Position numbers and translations under genes: made by a program
Shown here: positions 9,432 to 18,840 of the stretch, piece after piece
Numbering within the stretch: the first letter of the stretch is position 1
Layout: each line of letters opens with the position of its first letter
DNA from: Propionibacterium freudenreichii subsp. freudenreichii
Lineage (GTDB): Bacteria; Actinomycetota; Actinomycetes; Propionibacteriales; Propionibacteriaceae
Length of the DNA: 32,000 nt
Assembly (NCBI RefSeq): GCF_000940845.1
Contig: NZ_CP010341.1
Span: 1,170,001 to 1,202,000, forward strand
Direction of reading: 5' to 3'
The notes under the pieces: generated by a model
What the model was told of the DNA's origin: nothing
The model's input: the letters and a program-made list of their open reading frames with translations, nothing else
Databases searched by the model: none

Positions 9432-11150
9432 ATGGCCGCCAGCAATCGAAACAAGCACACACATCCGGGTAGGCGATTGATCGTCTTCGCCCTGGTGATC
9501 GTTTTCCTCTACGGATTGATGGGTCTCACGAAGACCTGGACCCCGCGGTTGGGCCTCGACCTTCGGGGCGGCACCACGATCACCCTCACGGCGCGCAACA
9601 ATTCCGATGGTTCGGCGCCCAGCAAGGACAATCTCGAGACCGCCCGATCGATCATCCAGAAGCGCGTCGACGCGCTGGGTGTCGGCGAGAGCTCGGTGAC
9701 CGTCCAGGGCGACCGGCAGATCGAGGTCGCCGTGCCGAATGTGAGCAGCGACGAGCTGGTGAGCCTGGTCGGCACCACCGCCCAACTGGGCTTCCGCGAT
9801 GTTTACTCGGTCACCCAGTCGAGCGGTGCCGCCTCCGGCTCCAGCTCCTCCAGCCCGGCCGCCACCAGCAATCCCACCGATGTGTCCACGGCGCTCCCCT
9901 CCTCGCCAGCGCCCAAGGCAACTCCGCGGGCCAGTGGTGACTCCACGGGTGCTGCCGACTTCGATTCGGCCCTCAAGTGGACGCCCAGCGCCCAGGACAG
10001 CACCGATTTCGCGGCATGGAACTGTGGTGAGCCCGAGAACGTGGCACCCGATCAGCCGCTGTTCGCCTGCGATGAGCAGGGCCAGCTGAAGTACCTGCTC
10101 GGTCCTGAGCTGATCAACGGCCAACGCATCACAGATTCCAGTGCGGCCATCCCGCAGGGCGAAGTCGCCTGGGTGGTCACGATGAAGTTCGACGGCACCG
10201 GGGCAGACCAGTTCCAGAAGGCCACCACCCAGCTCGCCACGCAGTCGTCGCCGAAGAACCAGTTCGCCATCGTGCTTGACGGCAAGGTCGTCTCGGCACC
10301 CTCGGTGTCCACGGCCATCAGCGGCGGCAATGCCGAGATCAACGGCGCCAACATCAATGAGACGAGCGCCAAGGAGCTGGCCAACCAGCTCAAGTTCGGC
10401 GCGCTGCCGGTCAGCTTCGATGTCTCCAGCGTCGACGCCGTGTCGGCGAGTCTGGGCGACGAACAGCTGCAGGCCGGCCTCATTGCCGGCCTGATCGGCC
10501 TGATCCTCGTGCTGGCCTACAGCTTCTTCTACTACCGCGGACTGGGCATCGTCGTGGTCGGTTCCCTGTTGGCCGCGGTGATCATCACCTGGGGCACCAT
10601 CGTCCTGCTCGGCCAGACCGTCGGCTTCGCCATGAACCTGCCCGGCATTGCCGGCGCGATCGTCGCCATCGGCGTCACCGCGGACTCGTTCATCGTGTAC
10701 TTCGAACGGATCCGCGACGAGATCCGCGACGGACACTCGTTGCGCCACTCCATCCAGAGTGGTTGGAACAAGGCGCGCGGCACCATCGTGATGGCCGACT
10801 CCGTGCAGCTGCTCAGCGCCGTCGTGCTGTTCATCCTGGCCATCGGCGCCGTCAAGGGCTTCGCCTTCACCCTGGGCGTGACCACCGCCATCGACCTGTT
10901 CATCGTGTTCTTCTTCACCCATCCGCTGGTGACCCTGCTGGGACGCACGAAGTTCTTCGGTGAGGGTCACCGCTTCTCCGGCTTCGAGCCCGAGCACCTC
11001 GGTGTCAGCCGGGCCTCGCTGATCGGACGCAGGCGTGCACGTTCCCGTTCCGGGCGGCGGACCTCCGGGTCGTCGCGCACCGGGAGCGACACGGATGCCC
11101 CGGGCGACGACGAGGGCGACAAGCCAGCCAGTGGAAGCAAGGAGTCCTGA
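9432..11150 (+). CDS. secD: Protein translocase subunit SecD
   Basis: LGLDLRGG, periplasmic domain motifs (QFAIVLDGKVVSAPSV, LKFGALPV) and a C-terminal six-TM block (GLIGLILVLAYSFFYYR ... DSFIVYFERIRDE) are present. There is an S/A/P-rich insert at about residues 128-177 and an R/S-rich tail. Confidence 0.93.
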   Translation: MAASNRNKHTHPGRRLIVFALVIVFLYGLMGLTKTWTPRLGLDLRGGTTITLTARNNSDGSAPSKDNLETARSIIQKRVDALGVGESSVTVQGDRQIEVAVPNVSSDELVSLVGTTAQLGFRDVYSVTQSSGAASGSSSSSPAATSNPTDVSTALPSSPAPKATPRASGDSTGAADFDSALKWTPSAQDSTDFAAWNCGEPENVAPDQPLFACDEQGQLKYLLGPELINGQRITDSSAAIPQGEVAWVVTMKFDGTGADQFQKATTQLATQSSPKNQFAIVLDGKVVSAPSVSTAISGGNAEINGANINETSAKELANQLKFGALPVSFDVSSVDAVSASLGDEQLQAGLIAGLIGLILVLAYSFFYYRGLGIVVVGSLLAAVIITWGTIVLLGQTVGFAMNLPGIAGAIVAIGVTADSFIVYFERIRDEIRDGHSLRHSIQSGWNKARGTIVMADSVQLLSAVVLFILAIGAVKGFAFTLGVTTAIDLFIVFFFTHPLVTLLGRTKFFGEGHRFSGFEPEHLGVSRASLIGRRRARSRSGRRTSGSSRTGSDTDAPGDDEGDKPASGSKES

Positions 11151-12397
11151 TGTCCGAATCCACCAGCACGCTTGATCGGCCGGCCGACCATGGCACCGAC
11201 AAGGCCCGCAAGGGCAAGTACACCGGGAACTTCGCCCACCGGCTCTACACCGGTGAGTTCGAGTTCAACTTCGTCGCCCGGCGCAAGCTGTGGTACTCGA
11301 TCTCGATCGTCCTGATCGTCATCTCCCTGGCGGCGTTGCTGTTCCGCGGACTGAACCTCGGCATCGAGTTCAAGGGCGGCTCGGTGTTCACCGTCCCGGT
11401 GAGCTCGACGAGTTCGCAGTCGGTCGACCAGGTGCGCAAGGCCGTCGACGAGTCGAAGGTGCCCGACCTCACCGGCGCCCAGGCCACCGCCGTCGGCACC
11501 GGCACGGTGCGCGTGCAGGTGCGCAGCCTGTCCACCGACGAGGTCACCCAGATGCGTGACGCCCTGGCCTCCACCGTCAACACCACGCCCGACAAGGTCG
11601 GCTATTCACTGATCGGTCCCTCGTGGGGCGGCCAGATCACGATGAAGGCCTTCCAGGCGCTGATCGTCTTCCTGGTGTTGGTGGCGCTCATGATCTGGGC
11701 CTTCTTCCGGGAATGGAGAATGGCCATATCGGCGCTGGTCGGCCTGATCCACGACCTGATCGTGACGGTCGGGCTGTATGCACTGATCGGCTTCACCGTC
11801 ACGCCCTCCACGCTCATCGGCGTCCTGACGATCCTGGGCTATTCGCTCTACGACAACGTCGTGGTGTTCGACAAGGTCCGCGAGAACACGGTGGACATCA
11901 CCAAGCAGGATCGCACCTTCTCCGAGGCGGCGAACGCTGCCGTCAACCAGGTGCTCGTCCGGTCGATCAACACCACCGTCATCGGTGTCCTGCCGGTGAT
12001 CGCGCTGCTGATCGCCGGTGTTGGCTTCCTCGGCGGGGACGGACCCCTGGCCGACCTGGGCCTGGCCCTGCTGATCGGCATGGTGGCGGGCGCCTATTCG
12101 TCCATCTTCATTGCCACGCCCCTGCTCACCCAGCTCCGCGAGCGCGAACCCGACATGAAGAAGCACGTGGAGGCATTGGCCAAGCGTCGTGCCCGGGCCG
12201 CCGCCGAACCGCAGATCCGGGTCTCGGCCACCACGGTGCCCGGTGGCGCCACGGTCTCCAGCGTCGAGGGGACCGCCGACCATGACGTCTCGGCGTCCGC
12301 CCACGAGGGTGGGGGCCCGACGGCCCGCCAGATGCGTGATGTGGGCGACGGGCGGGCACAGCCCGTACGCACGCCGCGAAGCAAGCGAAAGAAGTGA
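11150..12397 (+). CDS. secF: Protein translocase subunit SecF
   Basis: The ATG overlaps the secD stop (TGATG). LNLGIEFKGGSVF and YSLYDNVVVFDKVREN are present, with a six-TM topology and a C-terminal extension of about 70 aa. Confidence 0.93.
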   Translation: MSESTSTLDRPADHGTDKARKGKYTGNFAHRLYTGEFEFNFVARRKLWYSISIVLIVISLAALLFRGLNLGIEFKGGSVFTVPVSSTSSQSVDQVRKAVDESKVPDLTGAQATAVGTGTVRVQVRSLSTDEVTQMRDALASTVNTTPDKVGYSLIGPSWGGQITMKAFQALIVFLVLVALMIWAFFREWRMAISALVGLIHDLIVTVGLYALIGFTVTPSTLIGVLTILGYSLYDNVVVFDKVRENTVDITKQDRTFSEAANAAVNQVLVRSINTTVIGVLPVIALLIAGVGFLGGDGPLADLGLALLIGMVAGAYSSIFIATPLLTQLREREPDMKKHVEALAKRRARAAAEPQIRVSATTVPGGATVSSVEGTADHDVSASAHEGGGPTARQMRDVGDGRAQPVRTPRSKRKK

Positions 12398-12399
12398 CG

Positions 12400-12939
12400 A
12401 TGCGTCCCGACCCGCGCGTGACGCGGATCCATTCACTGGTCCGCACGATTGCCGACTTCCCGAAGCCGGGCGTCCAATTCCGCGACATCACCCCGCTGCT
12501 GGCCGATCCCGAGGGACTGGCCGACACGATGGCGGTGCTGGTCGACATGGCGCCCGACGAGGTTGACGTGGTCGCCGGCATCGACTCGCGCGGCTTCCTG
12601 TTCGGGGCGCCGGTTGCCGTGGCCATGGGCACGGGCTTCGTGCCGGTGCGCAAGCCGGGCAAGCTGCCCGGACCGGTCTTCGAGGAGGCCTTCGACCTGG
12701 AGTATGGTTCCAGCACGCTGGCCATCCACCAGGACGCGCTGCGGCCCGGTCAACGGGTGTTGTTGGTGGACGATCTGCTCGCCACCGGTGGCACCCTCGG
12801 GGCCGCCGTGAAGCTGATCCTGCGGGAGAAGGCGGTGCTCACCCACGTGGAGACCGTCATTGAACTACCCGACTTGGGTGGGCGCGCCAAACTGGAGTCA
12901 TTGGGTGTGACGAGCTTCTCGTCCATCCTCCAGTTCTGA
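12400..12939 (+). CDS. apt: Adenine phosphoribosyltransferase
   Basis: DFPKPGVQFRDITPLL and the PRPP-binding loop VLLVDDLLATGGT are present. I chose ATG 12400. GTG 12394, which forms a GTGA overlap with the secF stop, is an equally possible start. Confidence 0.9.
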   Translation: MRPDPRVTRIHSLVRTIADFPKPGVQFRDITPLLADPEGLADTMAVLVDMAPDEVDVVAGIDSRGFLFGAPVAVAMGTGFVPVRKPGKLPGPVFEEAFDLEYGSSTLAIHQDALRPGQRVLLVDDLLATGGTLGAAVKLILREKAVLTHVETVIELPDLGGRAKLESLGVTSFSSILQF

Positions 12940-13001
12940 TCCGGGCGGTTCCCACAGGCCGACTACGGTTGGGCTACTGAACAGAGGTAGGAGGCCTGCA
13001 G

Positions 13002-15353
13002 ATGCCGAGCGACGGAGTTTACGGACCCTATGCGCGAAGTGCGGTACCTGCCACCGACCCGAACACGCCCACCAGGGCCGCTGACGAGCGCATCAGTACC
13101 GGCCCGGAGCAGCCGCGGCTGCGCATGAGGGAGCGCCTGGCCCGATTGGGCGGGGTGAAGGCACCCCAATCGGCGGTGCTCGACCCCCTCTTCTCGGTGG
13201 TGAGGGCCACCCATCCCAAGGCGGACCTGTCGATGGTGGAGCGGGCCTACCGCACCGCCGAGCACTACCACTCCGGCCAGACGCGCATCAGCGGTGATCC
13301 CTACATCACCCATCCGCTGGCCGTGGCGACGATCCTCGCCGAGCTCGGCATGACCGAGCCCACCCTGTGCGCCGCGCTGTTGCACGACACCGTGGAGGAC
13401 ACCAGCTACACCCTGGAGCAGCTGCGGGCCGACTTCGGCGACACGATCGCCGCGTTGGTCGACGGGGTCACCAAGCTCGACAAGGTGCAGTACGGCGATT
13501 CGGCCAAGGCCGAGACCATCCGCAAGATGGTGATCGCCATGAGTCGCGACATCCGCGTGCTGGTGATCAAGCTGGCCGACCGGTTGCACAATATGCGCAC
13601 CCTGGGCTTCCTGCGTCCCGACAAGCAACATCGCATCGCCCGCGAGACCCTCGAGATCTACGCGCCGCTTGCCCACCGCCTGGGCATGAATGCGATCAAG
13701 TGGGAGTTGGAGGACTTGTGCTTCTCCACCCTGCAGCCCAAGGTCTACGACGAGATCGTCCGCCTGGTGGCCGAGGCCGCCCCGAAGCGCGAACAGCAAT
13801 TGCGCGAGGTGATCGACCAGGTGAAGGTCTACCTGGATGACGCCAAGCTCACCGCCACCGTCTACGGGCGACCGAAGCACTACTACTCGATCTACCAGAA
13901 GATGGTGGTGCGCGGTCGTGACTTCGAGGACATCTATGACCTCGTGGGACTGCGGATCCTGGTCGACACGACACGTGATTGCTACGCCGCCCTCGGCGTG
14001 ATCCACACCCATTGGAACCCCCTGCCCGGGCGTTTCAAGGACTACATCGCGATGCCGAAGTACAACATGTACCAGTCGTTGCACACCACGGTGCTCGGCC
14101 CGGGCAGCCGACCCGTCGAGTTCCAGATCCGTACCCACGAGATGCATCGCCGGGCCGAATTCGGTGTGGCCGCGCACTGGAAGTACAAGGAGGACCCCAA
14201 CGCGCAGGGCGGCAAGATCGACCCCGAGGGAACCGACCTGGCCTGGGTGCACCAGCTGAACCAGTGGACCAAGGAGCAGGACGATCCCGAGGAGTTCCTC
14301 GATTCGTTGCGCTTCGAGATCCAGACCAGCGAGGTCTACGTCTTCACGCCGAAGGGCGATGTGCTGGCGCTTCCCTCGGGTGCGACTCCGGTCGACCTGG
14401 CCTATGCCATCCATACCGAGGTCGGCCACCGGTGCATCGGCGCGCGGGTCAACGGAAAGCTGGCCTCGCTGGAGAGCCAGCTGGCCAACGGCGACATCGT
14501 GGAGATCCTCACCTCGAAGGCTGAGAACGCCGGGCCCAGCCGCGACTGGTTGAACTTCGTGGTGAGCCCGCGGGCCAAGAGCAAGATCCGTCAGTACTTC
14601 ACCCGCGAGCGCCGCGAGGAGGCGATCGATCAGGGCAAGGATGAGCTGGCCAAGCAACTGCGCAAGACTGGATTGCCCATGCAACGCCTGCTCACACTGG
14701 AACACCTCAGTGCCGTGGCGGACAGCTTCCGGCTCGCCTCCGTCGACGCGCTCTACGCCGCGATCGGCGAGGGGAACATCGGCGCTCCCGGCGTGGTGCA
14801 ACGACTCATCGGCACCGAGGGCGGCCTGGACGGTGCCGCCGACGAGAGCCTCGAGGAGACCACGGTGCTGCCCAAGCGGGGCACCGTGCGCCACACCGGG
14901 CAGGGCAATCCCGGCATCGTCGTGGAGGGCGACCCCGACATGTGGGTCAAGCTCGCGAAGTGCTGCACCCCGATGCCCGGCGACGAGATCCTCGGCTTCG
15001 TCACGCGGGAGAACGGGATCTCCGTGCACCGACGCGACTGCACGAATGCTGCGAACCTGTTGACCCACCCCGAGCGCATCGTCGAGGTCTCGTGGGCGCC
15101 GAACAGCTCCTCGGGTTATCTGGTGAGCATCCAGGTGGAGACCCTGGACCGTCCGGGGGTGCTCGCCGACATCACGCGCACGCTGGCCGACGAGCAGGTG
15201 AACATCTCCTCGGCGACGGTGGCGGTCTCGAAGAACCAGCTGGCGAAGCTCAAGATGACCTTCGAGTCAACCGATCCCACCCATCTCCACCACGTGATGG
15301 CCACCATCCGCAAGGTGCCGGGCGTCTATGACGCCTACCGGATCAAGCAGTAA
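13002..15353 (+). CDS. rel: Bifunctional (p)ppGpp synthetase/hydrolase (RelA/SpoT homologue)
   Basis: It has the HD hydrolase motif ([31 protein letters not shown]) and synthetase motifs ([39 protein letters not shown]). It also has a TGS domain ([25 protein letters not shown]) and a C-terminal ACT domain. AGGAGG lies 8 nt upstream of the ATG. Confidence 0.96.
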   Translation: MPSDGVYGPYARSAVPATDPNTPTRAADERISTGPEQPRLRMRERLARLGGVKAPQSAVLDPLFSVVRATHPKADLSMVERAYRTAEHYHSGQTRISGDPYITHPLAVATILAELGMTEPTLCAALLHDTVEDTSYTLEQLRADFGDTIAALVDGVTKLDKVQYGDSAKAETIRKMVIAMSRDIRVLVIKLADRLHNMRTLGFLRPDKQHRIARETLEIYAPLAHRLGMNAIKWELEDLCFSTLQPKVYDEIVRLVAEAAPKREQQLREVIDQVKVYLDDAKLTATVYGRPKHYYSIYQKMVVRGRDFEDIYDLVGLRILVDTTRDCYAALGVIHTHWNPLPGRFKDYIAMPKYNMYQSLHTTVLGPGSRPVEFQIRTHEMHRRAEFGVAAHWKYKEDPNAQGGKIDPEGTDLAWVHQLNQWTKEQDDPEEFLDSLRFEIQTSEVYVFTPKGDVLALPSGATPVDLAYAIHTEVGHRCIGARVNGKLASLESQLANGDIVEILTSKAENAGPSRDWLNFVVSPRAKSKIRQYFTRERREEAIDQGKDELAKQLRKTGLPMQRLLTLEHLSAVADSFRLASVDALYAAIGEGNIGAPGVVQRLIGTEGGLDGAADESLEETTVLPKRGTVRHTGQGNPGIVVEGDPDMWVKLAKCCTPMPGDEILGFVTRENGISVHRRDCTNAANLLTHPERIVEVSWAPNSSSGYLVSIQVETLDRPGVLADITRTLADEQVNISSATVAVSKNQLAKLKMTFESTDPTHLHHVMATIRKVPGVYDAYRIKQ

Positions 15354-15375
15354 CCGCCGGCGACCAACCAGCGCA

Positions 15376-15419
15376 CACCGATCCGGCCCCACAACCATGG
15401 TTGTGGGGCCGGATCGGTG
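15376..15419. terminator. Bidirectional terminator: 44-bp perfect palindrome between convergent rel and the DUF349 gene
   Basis: CACCGATCCGGCCCCACAACCA (15376-15397) is the exact reverse complement of 15398-15419. It sits 22 nt after the rel stop and 14 nt after the DUF349 stop. Confidence 0.75.
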
Positions 15420-15433
15420 CTTAACGCGTGGTC

Positions 15434-16678
15434 TCAGGCGCTGAACTCGTCGAGGGCCTTCTGGGCCTGCTCAAGCCAGCTCTGGTAGGTGGTCACCGAA
15501 TCGCGCAGTTCCTTGGCCTTCTTGGCGTCGCCGCGCGCATCGGCTGCCTCGGCCTGACCAATGATCTTCTCGATCTGGCTGGTGAACATGGCAACGGTGT
15601 CGGCCGCACGTTCGCGGGCCTCCGGATCGGTGCGCTTCCATTCCTTCTCCTCGGCGCCCTTGATCGCCTGCTCCAGGGCGCGCACACGGGAGTCAATGGG
15701 ACGGATCGCATTGCGGGGGACACGTCCATAGGCGTTGAACTTCGCCAGGAACTCCCGCAGCTGGGTGCGGGCCCCGGCAACGTCGGTCACCGGCAGCAGC
15801 GTCTTCTCGGCCTCATCGAGCAGGGCCTCCTTGGCCTGCTGATTCGCCTTGTATTCCTCGTCCTGCTCGGCGAACACCGCGTTGCGTGCCTCGAAGAAGG
15901 TGTCCTGGAGGCCACGGAACCGCTTCCACAGCTTCTCGTCGACATTGCGGGGTGCCGCCCCGGCGGCCTTCCACCGCGTCATGAGGCTGGCGAACTCCCG
16001 GGCCGTCTCGCTCCATTCGGTGGAATCGGCCAGCTGTTCGGCCTCCGCGATGATCTCCTGCTTGAGCTTCTTGGCCTCGTCACGCTGGGCGGCGTTGCGG
16101 GCGAACTGCGTCTTGCGACGCCTGGTGTACGTGGTGCGGGCCGAGCTGAAGCGGTGCCACAGCTCGTCGTCGGTGGTGCGGTCGATGCGCGGCAGCGCCT
16201 TCCACTTCTCGAGCAGTTGACGGAATCGGTCGACTCCACCGCGCCAGTCACTCCCGGCAGCCAGCTTCTCCGCCTGGGCCACCATCGCTTCCTTCTGCTG
16301 CTTGGTCTCGGCGTGCTGGCGGGCGCGCTCCTCCTTGCGTTCGGCCGACTGGGCCTCCAGCAGGGGATTCAGCGAGTCGAGGCTGGCCAGCAGCCCGTCC
16401 AGGTCGCCCACCGCATTGGCCTCGGGGATCGACGTGCGCAGCGCGTTGAGCTGCTTGCGTGCCTCCTCCGGGCTCAAGGACTTTGACTGCACCCGCTGCT
16501 TCAGCAATGAGGCCTCTGTCTCAAGGGCCTGGAAACGGCGAACGAAGAATGCCATGGCCTCATCGGGGCCCACATCGGGAACCTGACCGACTCGGCGTTC
16601 GCCGGCGGATGTGATCACATAGACCGTTCCATCGGCGTCGACGCGTCCGTGACTTGTCGGACCTGCAGTAGTGCTCAT
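15434..16678 (-). CDS. DUF349 domain-containing protein (three internal repeats)
   Basis: Minus strand, and the product has balanced composition. There are three helical repeats of about 75 aa: KEAMVAQAEKLA...DELWHRF, KQEIIAEAEQLA...EKLWKRF and KEALLDEAEKTL...LREFLAKF. ATG 16678 (MSTTAGPTSHGRVDADGTVYV) is preferred. ATG 16717 is an alternative but would overlap the divergent MBL gene. Confidence 0.8.
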   Translation of the reverse strand: MSTTAGPTSHGRVDADGTVYVITSAGERRVGQVPDVGPDEAMAFFVRRFQALETEASLLKQRVQSKSLSPEEARKQLNALRTSIPEANAVGDLDGLLASLDSLNPLLEAQSAERKEERARQHAETKQQKEAMVAQAEKLAAGSDWRGGVDRFRQLLEKWKALPRIDRTTDDELWHRFSSARTTYTRRRKTQFARNAAQRDEAKKLKQEIIAEAEQLADSTEWSETAREFASLMTRWKAAGAAPRNVDEKLWKRFRGLQDTFFEARNAVFAEQDEEYKANQQAKEALLDEAEKTLLPVTDVAGARTQLREFLAKFNAYGRVPRNAIRPIDSRVRALEQAIKGAEEKEWKRTDPEARERAADTVAMFTSQIEKIIGQAEAADARGDAKKAKELRDSVTTYQSWLEQAQKALDEFSA

Positions 16679-16709
16679 GCCTCTTATCTTGCCCGATAGG
16701 CTGGCCAAT

Positions 16710-17396
16710 GTGTTCATCGCCTACTTCGTTACCGGTGCCTGGCAGTCCAATTGCTATGTGATCGCCGACGAGGATGCCGGCCTTGCCGTGGCCATCGACG
16801 TCGGTATGGACGCCGCACGGACCGTGGAGGAACTGCTCGCCCAGCGCGACTTCCAGCTGGCCGGGATCCTGCTGACCCATGGCCATATCGACCACTGCGC
16901 CCAGGCGGCCGTCCTGGCCGATGCGCACCAGGCCCCGGTGTGGGTGCACCCGGCCGACCGGGAACTGATGACCCATCCCGCCGAGGGGCTGTCGCCGCAG
17001 ATGGCGGGCCAGCTCCATCAACTGATCGGTGATGCCCCACTCCATGAGCCGCGCGACCTGCGGACCTTCGAGGCCGGGGTGCCGGTGCGCTGTGCCGGCT
17101 TCGAGTTCAGCGTCACCCCGGCGCCGGGACACACCCCCGGTTCGGTCCTGCTCGGCCTGGAGGGCGACGAGCACATGATCGTCTTCACCGGTGACGTGCT
17201 GTTTGCCGGTAGCATCGGACGGTCCGATTTCCCGGGGGGTGACGACCACACCATGCGTGCCGTGTTGCGTGACGTCGTGTCGACACTGCCCCCGCAGGCC
17301 CGGGTGCTGCCCGGGCACGGTCCCTTCACCACGGTGGCCGACGAGCTCGCCACGAATCCCTATCTCACTGACGCCTATCTGGAGGTACAGAGCTGA
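16710..17396 (+). CDS. MBL-fold metallo-hydrolase (glyoxalase II-like)
   Basis: THGHIDH (HxHxDH), TPGHTPGS, GDVLFAGSIGRSDFPGGD and LPGHGPFT are present. GTG 16710 is preferred over ATG 16671, which would overlap the divergent DUF349 gene. The stop overlaps the hisS ATG. An MBL gene next to hisS is also the arrangement I recall in Mycobacterium tuberculosis. Confidence 0.85.
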   Translation: MFIAYFVTGAWQSNCYVIADEDAGLAVAIDVGMDAARTVEELLAQRDFQLAGILLTHGHIDHCAQAAVLADAHQAPVWVHPADRELMTHPAEGLSPQMAGQLHQLIGDAPLHEPRDLRTFEAGVPVRCAGFEFSVTPAPGHTPGSVLLGLEGDEHMIVFTGDVLFAGSIGRSDFPGGDDHTMRAVLRDVVSTLPPQARVLPGHGPFTTVADELATNPYLTDAYLEVQS

Positions 17397-18727
17397 TGGC
17401 TCGCCCCAAGCCGCTGTCGGGTTTCCCCGAATTCCTTCCCCGCGAGAGGCTCATCGAACTGGAGGTGCTCGACACCCTGCGCGAGACCTTCGAGCTGCAT
17501 GGCTTCTCCAATGTCGAGACCAGGGCCGTGGAGCCACTGAGCCAGCTCAGCCGCAAGGGCGACATCACCAAAGAGGTCTACACGGTGAGTCGCCTGCACG
17601 CCGACGAGCACGACAAGTCCGAGTTGGGGCTGCATTTCGATCTCACGGTGCCGTTGGCGCGCTGGGTGCTTGAGCATGCGGGGCACCTCGAATTCCCCTT
17701 CCGCCGCTATCAGATCCAGAAGGTCTGGCGCGGCGAGCGCCCGCAGGAGGGCCGCTACCGGGAATTCACCCAGGCCGACATCGACATCGTCGGGCGCGGC
17801 GAGCTGGCCGCCCACCACGACATCGAGGCTCCGCTGGTGATGTTGGAGGCCCTCGAGAAGCTGCACGACCGGATCGGGCTCCCACCGGTGCTCATGCACG
17901 TGAACAACCGCAAGCTCTCGGAGGGCTTCTACCGGGGCCTGGGCGTCGAGGACACCCTGTCGGTGCTGCAGATCGTGGACAAGTACGACAAGATCGGTGC
18001 CGATGCCACCGTCGAGCTGCTCGGCTCGGAGCTCGGCCTTGACACTGACACCGCCCGTCGTTGCGTTGCGCTGGCGTCGATCCACTCACTGGACACCGGC
18101 TTCGTCGACCAGGTGCGGGCCCTGGGCGTGAGCGACCCGCTCCTCGATGAGGGCCTGTCCGAACTCGTGACCCTGATTGAGGAGGCGAATCGGCGCGTCC
18201 CCGGCCGCATCATCGCCGACCTGAGCATCGCCCGCGGCCTCGACTACTACACCGGCGCCGTCTACGAGACCCAGCTCGTGGGCCACGAGTCCATGGGCTC
18301 GATCAGTTCCGGGGGACGCTACGACTCGCTGGCCAGCGACGGGAAGAGCACCTATCCGGGCGTGGGGATCTCCCTGGGGGTCACCCGCCTCATCGCCCCG
18401 CTCATCGCGGCCGGCGAATTCAGCGTCACGCGGTCGGTGCCCACCTGCGTGGTCGTCGCCGTCGACAGCGAGGAGACCCGGGAGACCGCCATGGACGTGG
18501 CTGCGGCCCTGCGTGCCCGTGGGGTCAGCTGCGAGGTGGCGCCCAAGGCCGACAAGTACGGCAAGCAGATCCGCTATGCGGACCGTCGTGGAATCCCCTA
18601 TGTGTGGTTCGGGGGGCCGATCGGGGAAGTGAAGGACATCCGCTCGGGTGACCAGCAGCCCGCCGACGCGAACATCTGGATGCCAAGCCGCGACGACCTG
18701 CGTCCGGGCGTGCACGCGGCCGAGTGA
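17396..18727 (+). CDS. hisS: Histidine--tRNA ligase
   Basis: Class II motif 2 (WRGERPQEGRYREFTQADIDIVG), motif 3 (GGRYD ... GVGISLGVTRL) and a C-terminal anticodon-binding domain are present. Confidence 0.95.
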   Translation: MARPKPLSGFPEFLPRERLIELEVLDTLRETFELHGFSNVETRAVEPLSQLSRKGDITKEVYTVSRLHADEHDKSELGLHFDLTVPLARWVLEHAGHLEFPFRRYQIQKVWRGERPQEGRYREFTQADIDIVGRGELAAHHDIEAPLVMLEALEKLHDRIGLPPVLMHVNNRKLSEGFYRGLGVEDTLSVLQIVDKYDKIGADATVELLGSELGLDTDTARRCVALASIHSLDTGFVDQVRALGVSDPLLDEGLSELVTLIEEANRRVPGRIIADLSIARGLDYYTGAVYETQLVGHESMGSISSGGRYDSLASDGKSTYPGVGISLGVTRLIAPLIAAGEFSVTRSVPTCVVVAVDSEETRETAMDVAAALRARGVSCEVAPKADKYGKQIRYADRRGIPYVWFGGPIGEVKDIRSGDQQPADANIWMPSRDDLRPGVHAAE

Positions 18728-18738
18728 GGCCTGTCCGC

Positions 18739-18771
18739 ACCGTGCCCGCGAGATGACCGTGCCGCGAGATG
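18739..18771. repeat. Tandem direct repeat ACCGTGCCCGCGAGATG / ACCGTGCCGCGAGATG (17 + 16 nt)
   Basis: By direct reading, the copies differ by one C. They lie in the hisS-budA spacer. The segment GTGCCCGCG (18742-18750) is complementary to 18790-18798. Confidence 0.85.
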
Positions 18772-18840
18772 GCGGCCCGGGTCGCTGACCGCGGGCACAC
18801 CTACACTCGAGGTGGATGTGCAAGCCATCGGGAGGCGACC

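Noticed and set aside
12963-15068. A 701-aa minus-strand ORF antisense to rel. Similar antisense ORFs occur at 9249-10997 (secD), 805-2061 (hisC), 5227-6378 (yebC), 7684-8913 (ruvB), 23620-24777 (rarA), 28748-30187 (mltG) and 30145-31308 (aroC).
   Set aside because: All are mirror-frame artefacts of high-GC coding sequence. Each overlaps a + strand gene with strong family signatures, and none has motifs of its own.
15428-16486. A 352-aa + strand ORF overlapping the DUF349 gene, raising the question of which strand is real.
   Set aside because: The + strand product is L/G/A-rich low complexity. The minus-strand product has balanced composition, three clear DUF349 repeats and a terminator placed just past its stop. 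The minus strand is therefore the gene.
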